A stretch of DNA of 64,000 nt, taken from the NCBI GenBank assembly GCA_963725865.1, contig CAVSAC010000010.1, positions 352,001-416,000 on the forward strand, read 5' to 3'. The position numbers and the translations under genes are program-made. Numbering within the stretch: position 1 is the first letter of the stretch; every line of letters begins with the position of its first letter. The DNA comes from Candidatus Eiseniibacteriota bacterium. Its GTDB lineage: Bacteria; Eisenbacteria; RBG-16-71-46. Positions 1 to 10,261 of the stretch are shown here, piece by piece. Below the pieces are notes generated by a model. It ran no database searches and had not been told where the DNA came from. It saw only the letters and a list, made by a program, of their open reading frames with translations.

Positions 1-1815
1 GTGGCGCTGTGCACGGCGGCCGGGGACCAGGATACTCAGACGATCGTCCCGGATGGTTCTGGAGGCGCGATCGTTGCCTGGCGGGACTACCGCATCGGTG
101 GCACCAGCGCCCCCGACATCTACGCCCAGCGCATCAACTCGACAGGCGCACCGCAGTGGGCGGCGAATGGTGTGGTGTTGTGCGCTGCCACCGGACCCCA
201 GTACAGCCCCGCGATCGCCTCGGACGGCGCGGGTGGCGCGATCGTCACCTGGCAAGACCAGCGTGGGAGCGACTCCGACATCTACGCGCAACGCGTCGGC
301 GCCACCGGCGTGCCGGTGTGGACCACGGATGGCGTGGCGCTGTGCACGTTCGCAGGCTCACAGATCTCTCCCGTGATCGTGTCGGACGGCGCCGGAGGCG
401 CGATCGTCGCCTGGCAGGACTTCCGGGCCAACAACTACGATATCTACGCGCAGCGCATCGGCCCGGCCGGAGTGCTCAAGTGGGCGACCGATGGCGTCGC
501 CGTATGCACGGCCATCCACGATCAGGTCGGCATCCAGAGCGTCGCAGACGGTGCGAACGGCGTGATCGTCACCTGGTACGACTTCCGGGGTAGTTCGCTC
601 GCCGACATCTATGCCCAGCGCCTCGATGGCGCCGGCGCAGCCCTGTGGAGCTCGGACGGCGCGGCGGTCTGTTACGCAACCGGCGATCAGCGAGCTCCGA
701 CGCCCGTGTCGGACAGTGCGGGCGGCGCGATCATCACGTGGCAAGACCACCGCAGCGGCACGAGCTTCGACATCTACGCGCAGCGCATCGAGCGCTTCGG
801 CCAGTTGGGCGATCCGGCCCCGGTCATCACGGGCGCCAGGGACGTGCCCAACGACCAGGGCGGATTCGTCACGCTCTCGTGGGACGCGTCCTACCTGGAT
901 GCCGACTCCGGCGTCAGCGAATACCGCGTCTTCCGCAGTGCGCCCAGCTCGCTCGCGGCCCGAGCGGTCTCGCGCGGCGCGACCACGGCCGAGGATGAGG
1001 TCGCGGTACGGGACGGAGCGTTGCTCGCGCGAGCCAGTGCCGGCGCCATCGTGTACTGGGAATACGTGGGCACGCTGCCGATCGCGCACCTCGCGAGCTA
1101 CAGCATGGCGGTGGCGACCACCGCTGACTCGATCGCCAGCGGCAACCCGCGCACGCTGTTCATGGTGGAGGCGCTCGTGATCGCGGCGCTCGAGTCGCCG
1201 CGCTGGTTCTCGGCGCCGGATAGCGGCTACTCGGTCGACAACCTCGCCCCGGCCACCCCGGCGCCGCTCACCGGCCGCTACGCCTCCGGCGCCGCGCACC
1301 TGCACTGGCCCCGCAACACCGAGACCGACTTGACCGGCTACCGGCTCTATCGCGGCACCAGCGCGTCCTTCACGCCCGGCCCCGGCAGCCTGGTGGCGGC
1401 GCTCTCCGACACCGGCTATGCCGATGCCGGTGACGCCGGCTTCGTCTACAAGCTCACCGCCGTCGACGTGCACGGCAACGCGTCCGTCCCCGCCGTCCTG
1501 CTCCCGGGCGGCACGGTCGACGTGGGCGATACGTCGCCGGCGTTGCGCTTCGCCGCGCCGAGCCCCAACCCGGCGCGTGGGGCGACGACGCTGGACTACG
1601 CGTTGTCGCGCCCCGGCCGCGTGCGGCTTGCGGTCTTCGACGCCGCCGGGCGGCTGGTGCAGGCGCTGCGCGATGGCGAGCTGCCCGCCGGCGAGCACCG
1701 CGAGCGCTTCGCATTGCGCGACCCGGCGGGACGCGCACTCGCCAGCGGCCTCTACCTGATTCGGCTCGAGGCGGAGGGCCAGGTGCTCACGCGCCGGCTC
1801 GTCGCGATCCGATGA
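1..1815 (+). CDS. Secreted 55-aa-repeat (probable beta-propeller) protein with FN3-like region and T9SS-A/FlgD-Ig-like CTD; 5' end outside window
   Basis: Five visible DIYAQR..G...W...G.A.C.A.G.Q..P...SDGAGGAI..W.D.R repeats. SVDNLAP..DLTGYRLYRG..YKLTAVDVHGNAS FN3-like segment. C-terminus PSPNPARG..VFDAAGRLV..SGLYLIRL..RRLVAIR. Confidence 0.85.
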   Translation: MALCTAAGDQDTQTIVPDGSGGAIVAWRDYRIGGTSAPDIYAQRINSTGAPQWAANGVVLCAATGPQYSPAIASDGAGGAIVTWQDQRGSDSDIYAQRVGATGVPVWTTDGVALCTFAGSQISPVIVSDGAGGAIVAWQDFRANNYDIYAQRIGPAGVLKWATDGVAVCTAIHDQVGIQSVADGANGVIVTWYDFRGSSLADIYAQRLDGAGAALWSSDGAAVCYATGDQRAPTPVSDSAGGAIITWQDHRSGTSFDIYAQRIERFGQLGDPAPVITGARDVPNDQGGFVTLSWDASYLDADSGVSEYRVFRSAPSSLAARAVSRGATTAEDEVAVRDGALLARASAGAIVYWEYVGTLPIAHLASYSMAVATTADSIASGNPRTLFMVEALVIAALESPRWFSAPDSGYSVDNLAPATPAPLTGRYASGAAHLHWPRNTETDLTGYRLYRGTSASFTPGPGSLVAALSDTGYADAGDAGFVYKLTAVDVHGNASVPAVLLPGGTVDVGDTSPALRFAAPSPNPARGATTLDYALSRPGRVRLAVFDAAGRLVQALRDGELPAGEHRERFALRDPAGRALASGLYLIRLEAEGQVLTRRLVAIR

Positions 1816-1837
1816 ACGCCCACCCCTGGAGTCGTCC

Positions 1838-4168
1838 ATGATCCGCCGGCAAGCTCTCGCAGCGATGCTCGTCCCGCTGTGCCTGGCGGTCGCCGCTCGG
1901 CCGGGCGCCGCGGCGTGGCCGCACGACCCGAACGTTGGCAACGTGGCGCTGTGCACCGCCGCGAACATCCAGGCCGCCACGACGATGGTGCCGGACGGCG
2001 CGGGCGGCGCGTTCGTCGCCTGGCTCGACCTGCGTGGCGGCACCGACTACGACGTCTACGCGCAGCACGTCAGCGCGGCGGGCGTGCCCCTGTGGGGAGT
2101 GAACGGCGTCGCGGTGTGCACGGCCGTCGGCGACCAGCTCAACCAGAAGCTCGCTTCCGACAGAAGCGGCGGCATCATCGTCACGTGGACCGACAATCGA
2201 AGCGGCACGAGCGGCGATATCTACGCGCAGCGCCTCAACGCCGCCGGCGCACCGCAGTGGACCGCGAACGGTGTCGTGGTGTGCGACGCCACCGGCGATC
2301 AGACCAAACCCGTCATCGTCGTCGACGGCCCCTTCGGCATCGTCAACGCGGTCATTGCCTGGCAGGATCTGCGCGGCGGCGCGACCACCGACATCTACGC
2401 TCAGCGCATCAATGATGTCGGAGCCCCGGTGTGGGCCGCGAACGGAGTGTCTGTATGCTCCGCCGTCCGCGACCAATTGGTACCCACCATGGTCGCGACT
2501 AGACAGAATGGCGTCATCATCGCCTGGGAGGACAATCGCAATACCGCGATCGGGGCGAGGTACGAGATCTACGCTCAGTGGCTCAACCTTCTCGGTGCGC
2601 CGCAGTATCCCGTCGACGGTGTGGTGCTGTGCACCGCTGCGAACAACCGGTTCAGCCCGAACATGGTCCCGGACGGCGCCGACGGCGCGTACTTGACCTG
2701 GTACGACTTCCGCAACGGGACGACCGCCGACGTCTACGCCCAGCGCCTGCGTGCGGACTTCGCTGGAGGGGCTGCGTGGGGGACGGGCGGGGTGGCGCTA
2801 TGCACCGCCGCTGGGAGTCAATTGTTGCCGACGATCACGGCCGACGCCACCGGGGCGACGGTCGCGTGGGAGGACAACCGCAGCGGCAACTACGATATCT
2901 ACGTCCAGCGGGTCGACCCGGCCGGCTTGGTCCAGTGGACGACGGACGGCGTGGCGCTGTGCACCGCAGTGCACGACCAGTTCAGCCCGGTGATCGTCTC
3001 GGATGGCTCCGGCGGCGCGATCGTCGCCTGGCACGATGGCCGCAACGTCAACAGCGACATCTACGCACAGCGAGTGGGCGCCTCGGGCTCGCCGCTGTGG
3101 CCGGCCGACGGTGTGGCGCTAAGCACCGCGCCGCGGGCGCAGCAGTACGCCGCGATCGCCGCGGACGGCGCCGGAGGCGCCATCGTCGCGTGGGAGGACT
3201 CGCGCGGGAGCGACCTCGACATCTACGCGCAGCGCGTCGAACCCTATGGCCATCTCGGAAACCCCGAGCCCGTCATCACGAGCGTCAAGGACGTGTCGGG
3301 AGACCAGGGTGGTTCCATCAAGCTCTCGTGGGCCGCGTCGTACCTCGATGCCGACCCGATCTACGGCGTCCTGGAGTACAGGATCTTCCGTCACGTCCCG
3401 GGCGGCCCTGCGGGCTGGGAGTACGTGCGCTCCCAGCCGGCCGACGGGCTCGCCGCCTACAGCATGGTGGTGCCGACGGGCGTGGACTCGATCGCGGGCA
3501 ACAACCCCACGACCCGGTTCTTCGTGCTGGCGCTCGCGAGCACGGGCGAGAACTGGTCTTCGCCGCCCGACAGCGGCTACTCGGTGGACAATCTTCCTCC
3601 CGCCACGCCGTCGCCGTTCACCGGCCGCTACCTCTCCGGGGCCGCGCACCTGCACTGGGGCCGCAACACCGAGATCGACCTGGCGGGCTACCGCCTGTAC
3701 CGCGGCACCGACGCGTTCTTCGCGCCCGGCCCCGGCAATCAGATCGCGGCGCCACCGGATACCGGATACGTCGATGTCGCCAGCGACGGCTTCGTCTACA
3801 AGCTCACGGCCATCGACGTGCACGGCAACCAGTCCGCGCCCGCCACGCTGCTGCCGAACGGCACGGTCGACGTGGGCGACACGCCGGCGCCGGCGCTGCG
3901 ATTCGCAGCGCCCAGCCCCAACCCGGCGCGTGGTTCCACGACGCTCGACTTTGCGCTGTCACGCCCGGGCCATGTGCGCGTGGCGCTGTTCGACGTCACG
4001 GGCCGCCTAGTGCAAGTGCTGCGCGACGGCGAACTGGCGGCAGGCGCGCACCGAGAGCGCATCGCGCTGCACGATGCGGCGGGGCGCGAACTGGCCAGCG
4101 GCTTGTTCCTGATCCGGCTCGAGGCCGAGGGTCGCGTATTGACGCGCCGCCTCGCGACGATCCGATGA
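1838..4168 (+). CDS. Secreted 8x55-aa-repeat protein with CTD (paralog 2)
   Basis: GGAG RBS, signal peptide ending AAA-WPHDP, eight YxQ(R/H/W) repeats, same FN3-like and CTD tail as the upstream gene. Confidence 0.88.
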   Translation: MIRRQALAAMLVPLCLAVAARPGAAAWPHDPNVGNVALCTAANIQAATTMVPDGAGGAFVAWLDLRGGTDYDVYAQHVSAAGVPLWGVNGVAVCTAVGDQLNQKLASDRSGGIIVTWTDNRSGTSGDIYAQRLNAAGAPQWTANGVVVCDATGDQTKPVIVVDGPFGIVNAVIAWQDLRGGATTDIYAQRINDVGAPVWAANGVSVCSAVRDQLVPTMVATRQNGVIIAWEDNRNTAIGARYEIYAQWLNLLGAPQYPVDGVVLCTAANNRFSPNMVPDGADGAYLTWYDFRNGTTADVYAQRLRADFAGGAAWGTGGVALCTAAGSQLLPTITADATGATVAWEDNRSGNYDIYVQRVDPAGLVQWTTDGVALCTAVHDQFSPVIVSDGSGGAIVAWHDGRNVNSDIYAQRVGASGSPLWPADGVALSTAPRAQQYAAIAADGAGGAIVAWEDSRGSDLDIYAQRVEPYGHLGNPEPVITSVKDVSGDQGGSIKLSWAASYLDADPIYGVLEYRIFRHVPGGPAGWEYVRSQPADGLAAYSMVVPTGVDSIAGNNPTTRFFVLALASTGENWSSPPDSGYSVDNLPPATPSPFTGRYLSGAAHLHWGRNTEIDLAGYRLYRGTDAFFAPGPGNQIAAPPDTGYVDVASDGFVYKLTAIDVHGNQSAPATLLPNGTVDVGDTPAPALRFAAPSPNPARGSTTLDFALSRPGHVRVALFDVTGRLVQVLRDGELAAGAHRERIALHDAAGRELASGLFLIRLEAEGRVLTRRLATIR

Positions 4169-4218
4169 GAGCGAGCGCCCGTTGGGTTGCCATCCCCTGG
4201 AAATCTGCGGAGAACCTC

Positions 4219-6631
4219 ATGAGGCACCACACGCACGTTCCCCTCCTGCTCGCCGCGCTCGCGCTCACCGTGGCGCATCACCCGGCGGCGGCCGCCTGGC
4301 CGCACGATCCGTACGCGGGCAACGTGCCCCTCTGCACCGCTGCGGGTGGCCAGGTGCTCCCCACGATCGCCTCGGACGGCGCGGGCGGCGCGATCGTCAC
4401 GTGGGAGGACGTGCGCGGCGCCAATACCGACATCTACGCGCAACGAGTCAACGCGGCGGGCGTGCCGCTGTGGGGGGCGAACGGCGTGGCGTTGTGCACC
4501 GCCGCGGGTGAGCAGTTCGGGCCGACGGTTGCCACGGACGGCGCGGGTGGCGCGATCGTCACCTGGTACGACCACCGCAGCGGCACGGGCTACAAGGTGT
4601 ACGCGCAGCGCGTCAACGCGGCGGGGGCGCCGCAGTGGGCGACGAACGGGATCGCGCTGTGCCCCGCGACGGCCGACCAAACCTATCCGTCCATCACGGC
4701 GGACGGGGTCGGCGGCGCGATCATCGCGTGGAACGACTTCCGCGGCGGCCCTGCCAGCGACATCTACGCGCAGCGCATCAGCGCGACCGGCGCCCTGCAG
4801 TGGGCGGCGAGCGGGATCGCACTGTCCACCGCGACGGGTGACCAGCAGTACCCGGCGATGACCTCCGACGGCGCCGGCGGTGCCATCGCGACCTGGTACG
4901 ACTATCGGGGTGGCACGACCTCCGACATCTACGCGCAGCGCATCAGCGCGACGGGCACCACCGCGTGGACGGCCGACGGCGTGCCGGTGTGTACCGCCGC
5001 CAACAACCAATTCGGCCCCACGCTGGTATCGGACGGCGCGGGTGGCGCGATGGTGACCTGGTACGACTACCGCAGCGGCTCGAACTACCACATCTACACC
5101 CAGCACCTCGACGCGGCGGGAGCGCCGCAGTGGACGGCGAACGGCCTGGCAGTATGCACCGCCGCCGGCAATCAGAACGTCCCGACGATCGTCCTGGACG
5201 GCGCGGGTGGTGCGATCGTCTCCTGGCAGGACTCTCGGAGCGGCGTGTTCTACGACATCTACGCTCAGCGCGTGAGCGCGGCAGGCGTCGCGCAGTGGAC
5301 GGCCGACGGCGTTGCGGTGTGCGCCGCGACGGACAACCAGTTGTCGCCCACGATCGCCTCGGACACTGCAGGCGGCGCGATCATCGCCTGGCAGGACTAT
5401 CGCGGCACGGACAATGACGTCTACGCGCAGCGCCTCACTGCGGCGGGCACGCCCCAGTGGGCTGCCGATGGCGTGGCGGTGTGCACCGCCCCGGGCAATC
5501 AGTACACCCCGCTCATCGTCTCGGACGGTGCGGGCGGAGCGATCGCCGCCTGGTACGACTACCGCGGCCTCACGACCTCGGACATCTACGCCCAGCGCAT
5601 CGATCACTTCGGCCAGCTAGGCGATCCCGCGCCCGCGATCACCCAGGTGAAGGACGTGCCCAACGACCAGGGTGGGCTCGTCAAGCTCTCATGGAATGCG
5701 TCCTACCTGGACGCTGGCCCAACCTACGGCGTGTTTCAATACCGCGTGTTCCGCAGTGCTCCCAGCGCTCTCGCGGCTCGCGCCGACTTGCGCCGTGCGA
5801 TCACCACGGACAGCGACATCGCGGTGCACGATGGGGCGCTGCTCGCACGCATGATTGCTGGCACCACCGTCTACTGGGAATACGCGGGCTCGCAGGCGGC
5901 CGAGACGTTTGCCGGTTACAGCATGTTGGTGGGGACGACCTCGGATTCCACCACCAGCAGCAACCCTCGCACGCTGTTCATGGTCGAGGCGGTCGCGAAC
6001 TTCTCGCTCGCCTCGGGTCACTGGTCCTCGGCGCCCGACAGCGGTTACTCGGTCGACAACCTGCCTCCGGTCGCACCGGGCGAATTCATCGTCGAATACG
6101 CCGCGGGTGCCACACACCTTCACTGGCGTCCCGGCACCGAGGCCGATCTGGCGGGCTACCAGTTGTACCGCGGCACCAGCGCGTCGTTCACGCCCGGGCC
6201 CCGGCACGCTCGTGGCCGCGCTCGCCGACACCGGCTTCGTCGATCCCGCCGGCGCCGCGTTCGTCTACGAACTCACCGCCGTGGACTCGCACGGCAACGA
6301 GTCGCCCGCGGCGATCTCGGGGCCCGGCGTGATCTCCAGTACCGGTATCGCGTCCGGGCTCGTCTTCTCGCCACCGTCGCCGAATCCCGCCAGCCGCTCG
6401 GCGGCGCTGCGCTTCGCGCTGCCGATCGCCGAGCCGGTGCAGGTCGCGATCTTCGACGCGCAAGGGCGCATCGAGCGCGTACTTGCGGACCGCACGTTTG
6501 AGGCCGGCGCACACGAGCTGGCCTGGGACCTGCGCGACGACGCGGGGCGCGTCGTGGGCGCCGGGATCTACTTCGCGCGGATCAGCTCGGGCCACAGCTC
6601 GCGCGTGAGGCGGCTGGTCGTGGCCCGGTGA
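4219..6631 (+). CDS. Secreted 8x55-aa-repeat protein with CTD (paralog 3); one-base frameshift near 6195-6203
   Basis: ATG 4219 (MRHHTHVPLLLAALAL..AAA-WPHDP) after GGAG; eight repeats. Homology to paralog 1 (FTPGPGSLVAAL) switches from the 2578..6501 frame to the 5855..6631 frame at ACGCCCGGGCCCCGGCACG (one extra base). Confidence 0.82.
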
Positions 6632-6851
6632 TATGTGAGGTCCCCGGGTCAAGGTACTCGTTGGCTGCTCTCCGACTGCGAGACTGCTCGATCGGGGATG
6701 CCGGGACGCGCGCTCGCGCTCCCCTCCCGCCGGGCGTAGTCTTCGTCACAGCGCTTGGCCAGCCGGTGGGCCGGGCCTGGTGGGCTGCTGCGATGCCCAC
6801 GCCCCACGACCCCCGCGGAGCCCGCGGTCGGCCGTGCCGTGGAGGTCCGCC

Positions 6852-9200
6852 ATGTTCAGCCCCGTGGTTCTTCGGTGGGCCGCGCGTTGCGCGTTGCAGG
6901 CCCTCATCCTGGTCACGCTGACACTGCCCGCGTCCTCGGCCGTTGCGTCGTCTTCCACGCCCCGGCTCCAGCGGCCGCCCGCTGCACCCATGGCGACCGC
7001 GCTCGACGACTCGGGCGCTTGGATCGCGCTCGCGCCCGCGGCGCTCGATGGACACGCGGCGATCTACGATCCCGACGCCGGTCGCGTGGTCGTCTTCGGC
7101 GGCAACTCGGCGACGAGCGGGTACGTCAACGAGACCTGGATGCTCGCGCCGGCCGGCACCATGGAGTGGCTCCGCGTGTCCGTGGACGCGTCCGCGATCC
7201 CGCAGCGCAGCTATGCTTCCGCGATCCACGATCCGGTCGGTCGCCGCATGATCGTGTTTGGCGGCGATCTCGGCGGCGGCTCCTACCCGACCGCGGATGT
7301 CTGCGCTCTGTCGCTGGTGGCGCCCTACGCGTGGACCGTGCTTGCGCCCGCGGGCGATCCCGGCGCCCGAATGGAGCACGCAGCGGTCTACGATCCCGTG
7401 CGCCACCGCATGATCGTCTTCGGCGGCACCGACGGGTACAACCTGTTCGACGATGTATGGACCTTGTCGCTCGGGAGCGCGCCGGCGTGGGAGCCGATGT
7501 CCCCGGCAGGCTCACCGCCCCCCGCCCGATGCCTGACCAGCGCCACCTACGACCCGCTGCGCGACCGCGTGATCGTGATCGGCGGCTCGGCCTACGCCGG
7601 CGGGATCCAGGACGACGTATGGGCGCTCAGCCTTGCCGGCGCCGGCACGTGGACGCAACTCGCCCCCGGCGGCGCGGCGCCCGGCCCGCGCGCCGCACAC
7701 GTGGCCGCTTACGACCCGAGCGGCGACCGCGTCGTGGTGTATGGCGGCGTGAGCCTGACCGAGTACCTGGACGACGCATGGGCGCTATCGCTCGCCGGTT
7801 CGCCGTCGTGGTCGCAGCTCGCCCCCGCGGGCGATCCAGCGCCCCGGCTCGCGTTCCACGCCGCCGCCTACGATTCGCACGGCGACCGGCTCGTGGCGGT
7901 CGGCGGCATCGGCGTGAACGGCTACCCGACGTGCGAGACGTGGGCGCTCTCACTCGGAGCGAGCCCGACGTGGACGCGGAGCGGCTCCCCCGGGTTCCTC
8001 GAACGCCACACGATGACCGCCGACCCGGAGCGCGACCGCGCGATCGTCTTCGGCGGCGTCGCGATCGGCACCGCCACGAACGCCGTGTGGAGCCTTGCGC
8101 TCTCGGGCCCGGTAGCGTGGACGCCGCTGGCGCCGGCCGGCACGCCCCCCGCGGCGCGATCGAACCACAGCGCGGTCTGCGACGAGCCGCGGGACCGCCT
8201 GCTCGCCTTCGGCGGCGACGACGGCGCGTGGAGCGTGTTCGGCGACGTGTGGGCGCTCTCGCTCGGAGCACCGTTGGCGTGGACGCTGCTCGCCCCGTCC
8301 GGCACTCCGCCCGCCGCACGCGCGTCGCACACCGCGGTCCTCGACCCGGTGCGTGAGCGGATGATCGTGTTCGGCGGCCGGACGCTCTCCGGTGCGCGCC
8401 AGGACGTCTGGGCGCTCTCGCTCTCGGGCGCTCCGGCGTGGTCGAACCTGTCGCCGTTCGGAACACCGCCGCCCGCCCGCTGGAATCACGTCGCGATCTA
8501 CGACCCCGTCGGCGATCGCATGATCGTCCACGGAGGCGAGAGTTCGACCCAGTGGTTCGACGACACGTGGGCTCTGGGTCTCTCGGGCACACCGGCGTGG
8601 ACCCAGCTCGCGCCGGGCGGCGACCTGCCGCCCGCTCGCAGCGAGCACAGCGCGCTCTTCGATCCGCTCGACCCTCGCATGATCGTCACCGGCGGCTCGC
8701 TCGGGACCGAGTGCGAGGTCTGGGAGCTCTCGCTCGATGGCCCGCTCGAATGGACCCGGCTGTTCCCGGGCGGGCCCCCCATGCCGGGACGCGTGCGCCA
8801 CGAACAGGTGTACGACGCCGATCGCGATCGCCTGGTCCTGTTCGGAGGATCTCCCGGTGCGGGCGATCTCTGGGCACTCTCGCGGGGCCCTGGCGGCGTC
8901 GGCGTTCCGGTCGATCCGCCGACCCTGTCGCTCGCCGCGGCGTGGGCGCCGAACCCGGCGCTCGGCGGCGCATCGCTCGCACTCGTGCTTCCTTCGGCCG
9001 GGCGTGTCGAGTTGCGCCTGTTCGACGTGTCGGGCCGTCTGGTGCGCGCGATGGACTTCGGGCTGCGCGGGGCCGGAGCGCAGCGCTTCACATGGGACGG
9101 CCGCGACGACGCGGGGCGGCCGCTGCCGCCGGGACTCTACCTGGGTGAGGTGCGCACGAACGACCGCGTGGCGCGCGCCGGGCTCGCGCTCGTGAGATGA
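6852..9200 (+). CDS. Secreted Kelch-repeat protein (12 repeats, probable double propeller) with CTD
   Basis: GGAGG at 6841, ATG 6852, signal peptide. Twelve R..H.A.YDP..DRMIVFGG..DVW.LSL..W repeats. Tail APNPALG..LFDVSGRLVR..WDGRDDAGRPLPPGLY. Confidence 0.88.
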   Translation: MFSPVVLRWAARCALQALILVTLTLPASSAVASSSTPRLQRPPAAPMATALDDSGAWIALAPAALDGHAAIYDPDAGRVVVFGGNSATSGYVNETWMLAPAGTMEWLRVSVDASAIPQRSYASAIHDPVGRRMIVFGGDLGGGSYPTADVCALSLVAPYAWTVLAPAGDPGARMEHAAVYDPVRHRMIVFGGTDGYNLFDDVWTLSLGSAPAWEPMSPAGSPPPARCLTSATYDPLRDRVIVIGGSAYAGGIQDDVWALSLAGAGTWTQLAPGGAAPGPRAAHVAAYDPSGDRVVVYGGVSLTEYLDDAWALSLAGSPSWSQLAPAGDPAPRLAFHAAAYDSHGDRLVAVGGIGVNGYPTCETWALSLGASPTWTRSGSPGFLERHTMTADPERDRAIVFGGVAIGTATNAVWSLALSGPVAWTPLAPAGTPPAARSNHSAVCDEPRDRLLAFGGDDGAWSVFGDVWALSLGAPLAWTLLAPSGTPPAARASHTAVLDPVRERMIVFGGRTLSGARQDVWALSLSGAPAWSNLSPFGTPPPARWNHVAIYDPVGDRMIVHGGESSTQWFDDTWALGLSGTPAWTQLAPGGDLPPARSEHSALFDPLDPRMIVTGGSLGTECEVWELSLDGPLEWTRLFPGGPPMPGRVRHEQVYDADRDRLVLFGGSPGAGDLWALSRGPGGVGVPVDPPTLSLAAAWAPNPALGGASLALVLPSAGRVELRLFDVSGRLVRAMDFGLRGAGAQRFTWDGRDDAGRPLPPGLYLGEVRTNDRVARAGLALVR

Positions 9201-9298
9201 GCGCGGATCCTTCGTCTGCCTCGCCTCCCGGCGCCGCGCTCAGTCCGCGCGGACGCCATTCGCACCCGGCGCGCCTCGAGAGCGCTGTCGGCCTGCCG

Positions 9299-9871
9299 TC
9301 AGGCCGCGCGACCGGTGCGCGACGCGTCCCGCGAATCACCGCTCGTCTGGCGCCACATGCCGGCCCAGTCGGTCTGGCCCATGCGCACGGTTTCGGAGAT
9401 CGAGTGGAAGCCGAACAGCACGGCGGCGCCGGTGACGATGCCGGACATGAGCTCGCCGCGCGGTGAGGAGTCGGCCCAGGCCCAGGCCAGCACCAGCGCC
9501 ATCACCACGCCGGCGTTGGCGAGACACACCGTGAGCCAGTCGCCCACCGCGGGATAGCCGGGCTGATGCTGCAGCCGGTGCACGCGGCCGAACCACCTGG
9601 CCTCGCCGGTGCCCTCGCAGAACGCCTCGATGTAGCCGCCGATCGCCCGCACCTGCTGGCGCCCGCGGAGCATGGAATAGAAGCCGATCGCGATCGCGAA
9701 CACCACCGGGAGCATGAGCCCCGAGTTCCGCGCGCTGAGGGCCCACGACATCGTCACGGCAGCCGTCAGCGCTCCCGCGGTCCAGCACAGGTGCGCGACG
9801 CGCTCGGCGTCCTGCCCGCGCCTCATCAGCGCCATGTACTCCAGGTTCCCGTGGTTCTCCATGCTCATCAT
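9299..9871 (-). CDS. Hypothetical integral membrane protein (about 4 TM)
   Basis: AGGAGGA RBS upstream of ATG 9871 (MMSMENHGNLEY); two hydrophobic hairpins. Confidence 0.7.
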   Translation of the reverse strand: MMSMENHGNLEYMALMRRGQDAERVAHLCWTAGALTAAVTMSWALSARNSGLMLPVVFAIAIGFYSMLRGRQQVRAIGGYIEAFCEGTGEARWFGRVHRLQHQPGYPAVGDWLTVCLANAGVVMALVLAWAWADSSPRGELMSGIVTGAAVLFGFHSISETVRMGQTDWAGMWRQTSGDSRDASRTGRAA

Positions 9872-10261
9872 GATCCGGTCTCCTCCTCGAGCTGCCGCGG
9901 GACCGCGGCCGGTGGCCACGCGGTTATCGGCCGACGAGCCGGAGGAATTGACGATCCGGAGTGCGAGCGGTTGCGGAGTCCAGGCCGTCGACCTGCGGCT
10001 CGAGTCGGGCGCGGCTCGAGCTGCCGGGCTCCGCAGACGGGCCACCGCACTCGTTGCATTCCACGGCGCCCGGGCCGGGCGACCCGTGCATCCGCGAACG
10101 CACGGGGACCGGATCATGCGTCGTGCATCGCCGCGCGGAGAGTTCCAGGCGCTGGGATCGCTCCTCTACTTCAGAGCGCGGAGCGGCCTGCCGATGGCGC
10201 AAGGGACAGCGCGTCGCCTCCGCTGGCGCGAGGCCGTTGCTGGGCCCAATCGAGGATCTCC

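Noticed and set aside
2578..6501. 1307-aa ORF
   Set aside because: The N-terminal part is an Arg-rich off-frame read of paralog 2; the real gene starts at 4219.
1..6631. Repeated GACATCTACGCGCAGCGC units as a CRISPR array or DGR template/variable repeats
   Set aside because: They are in-frame coding repeats with a 165-nt period and synonymous variation. No cas or reverse transcriptase gene, and no adenine-specific mismatch pattern noticed.
6710..6739. GCGCTC-N15-CGGGCGTAG upstream of the Kelch gene as another motif copy
   Set aside because: Spacing is 15 rather than 13, and both halves carry mismatches in very GC-rich sequence.
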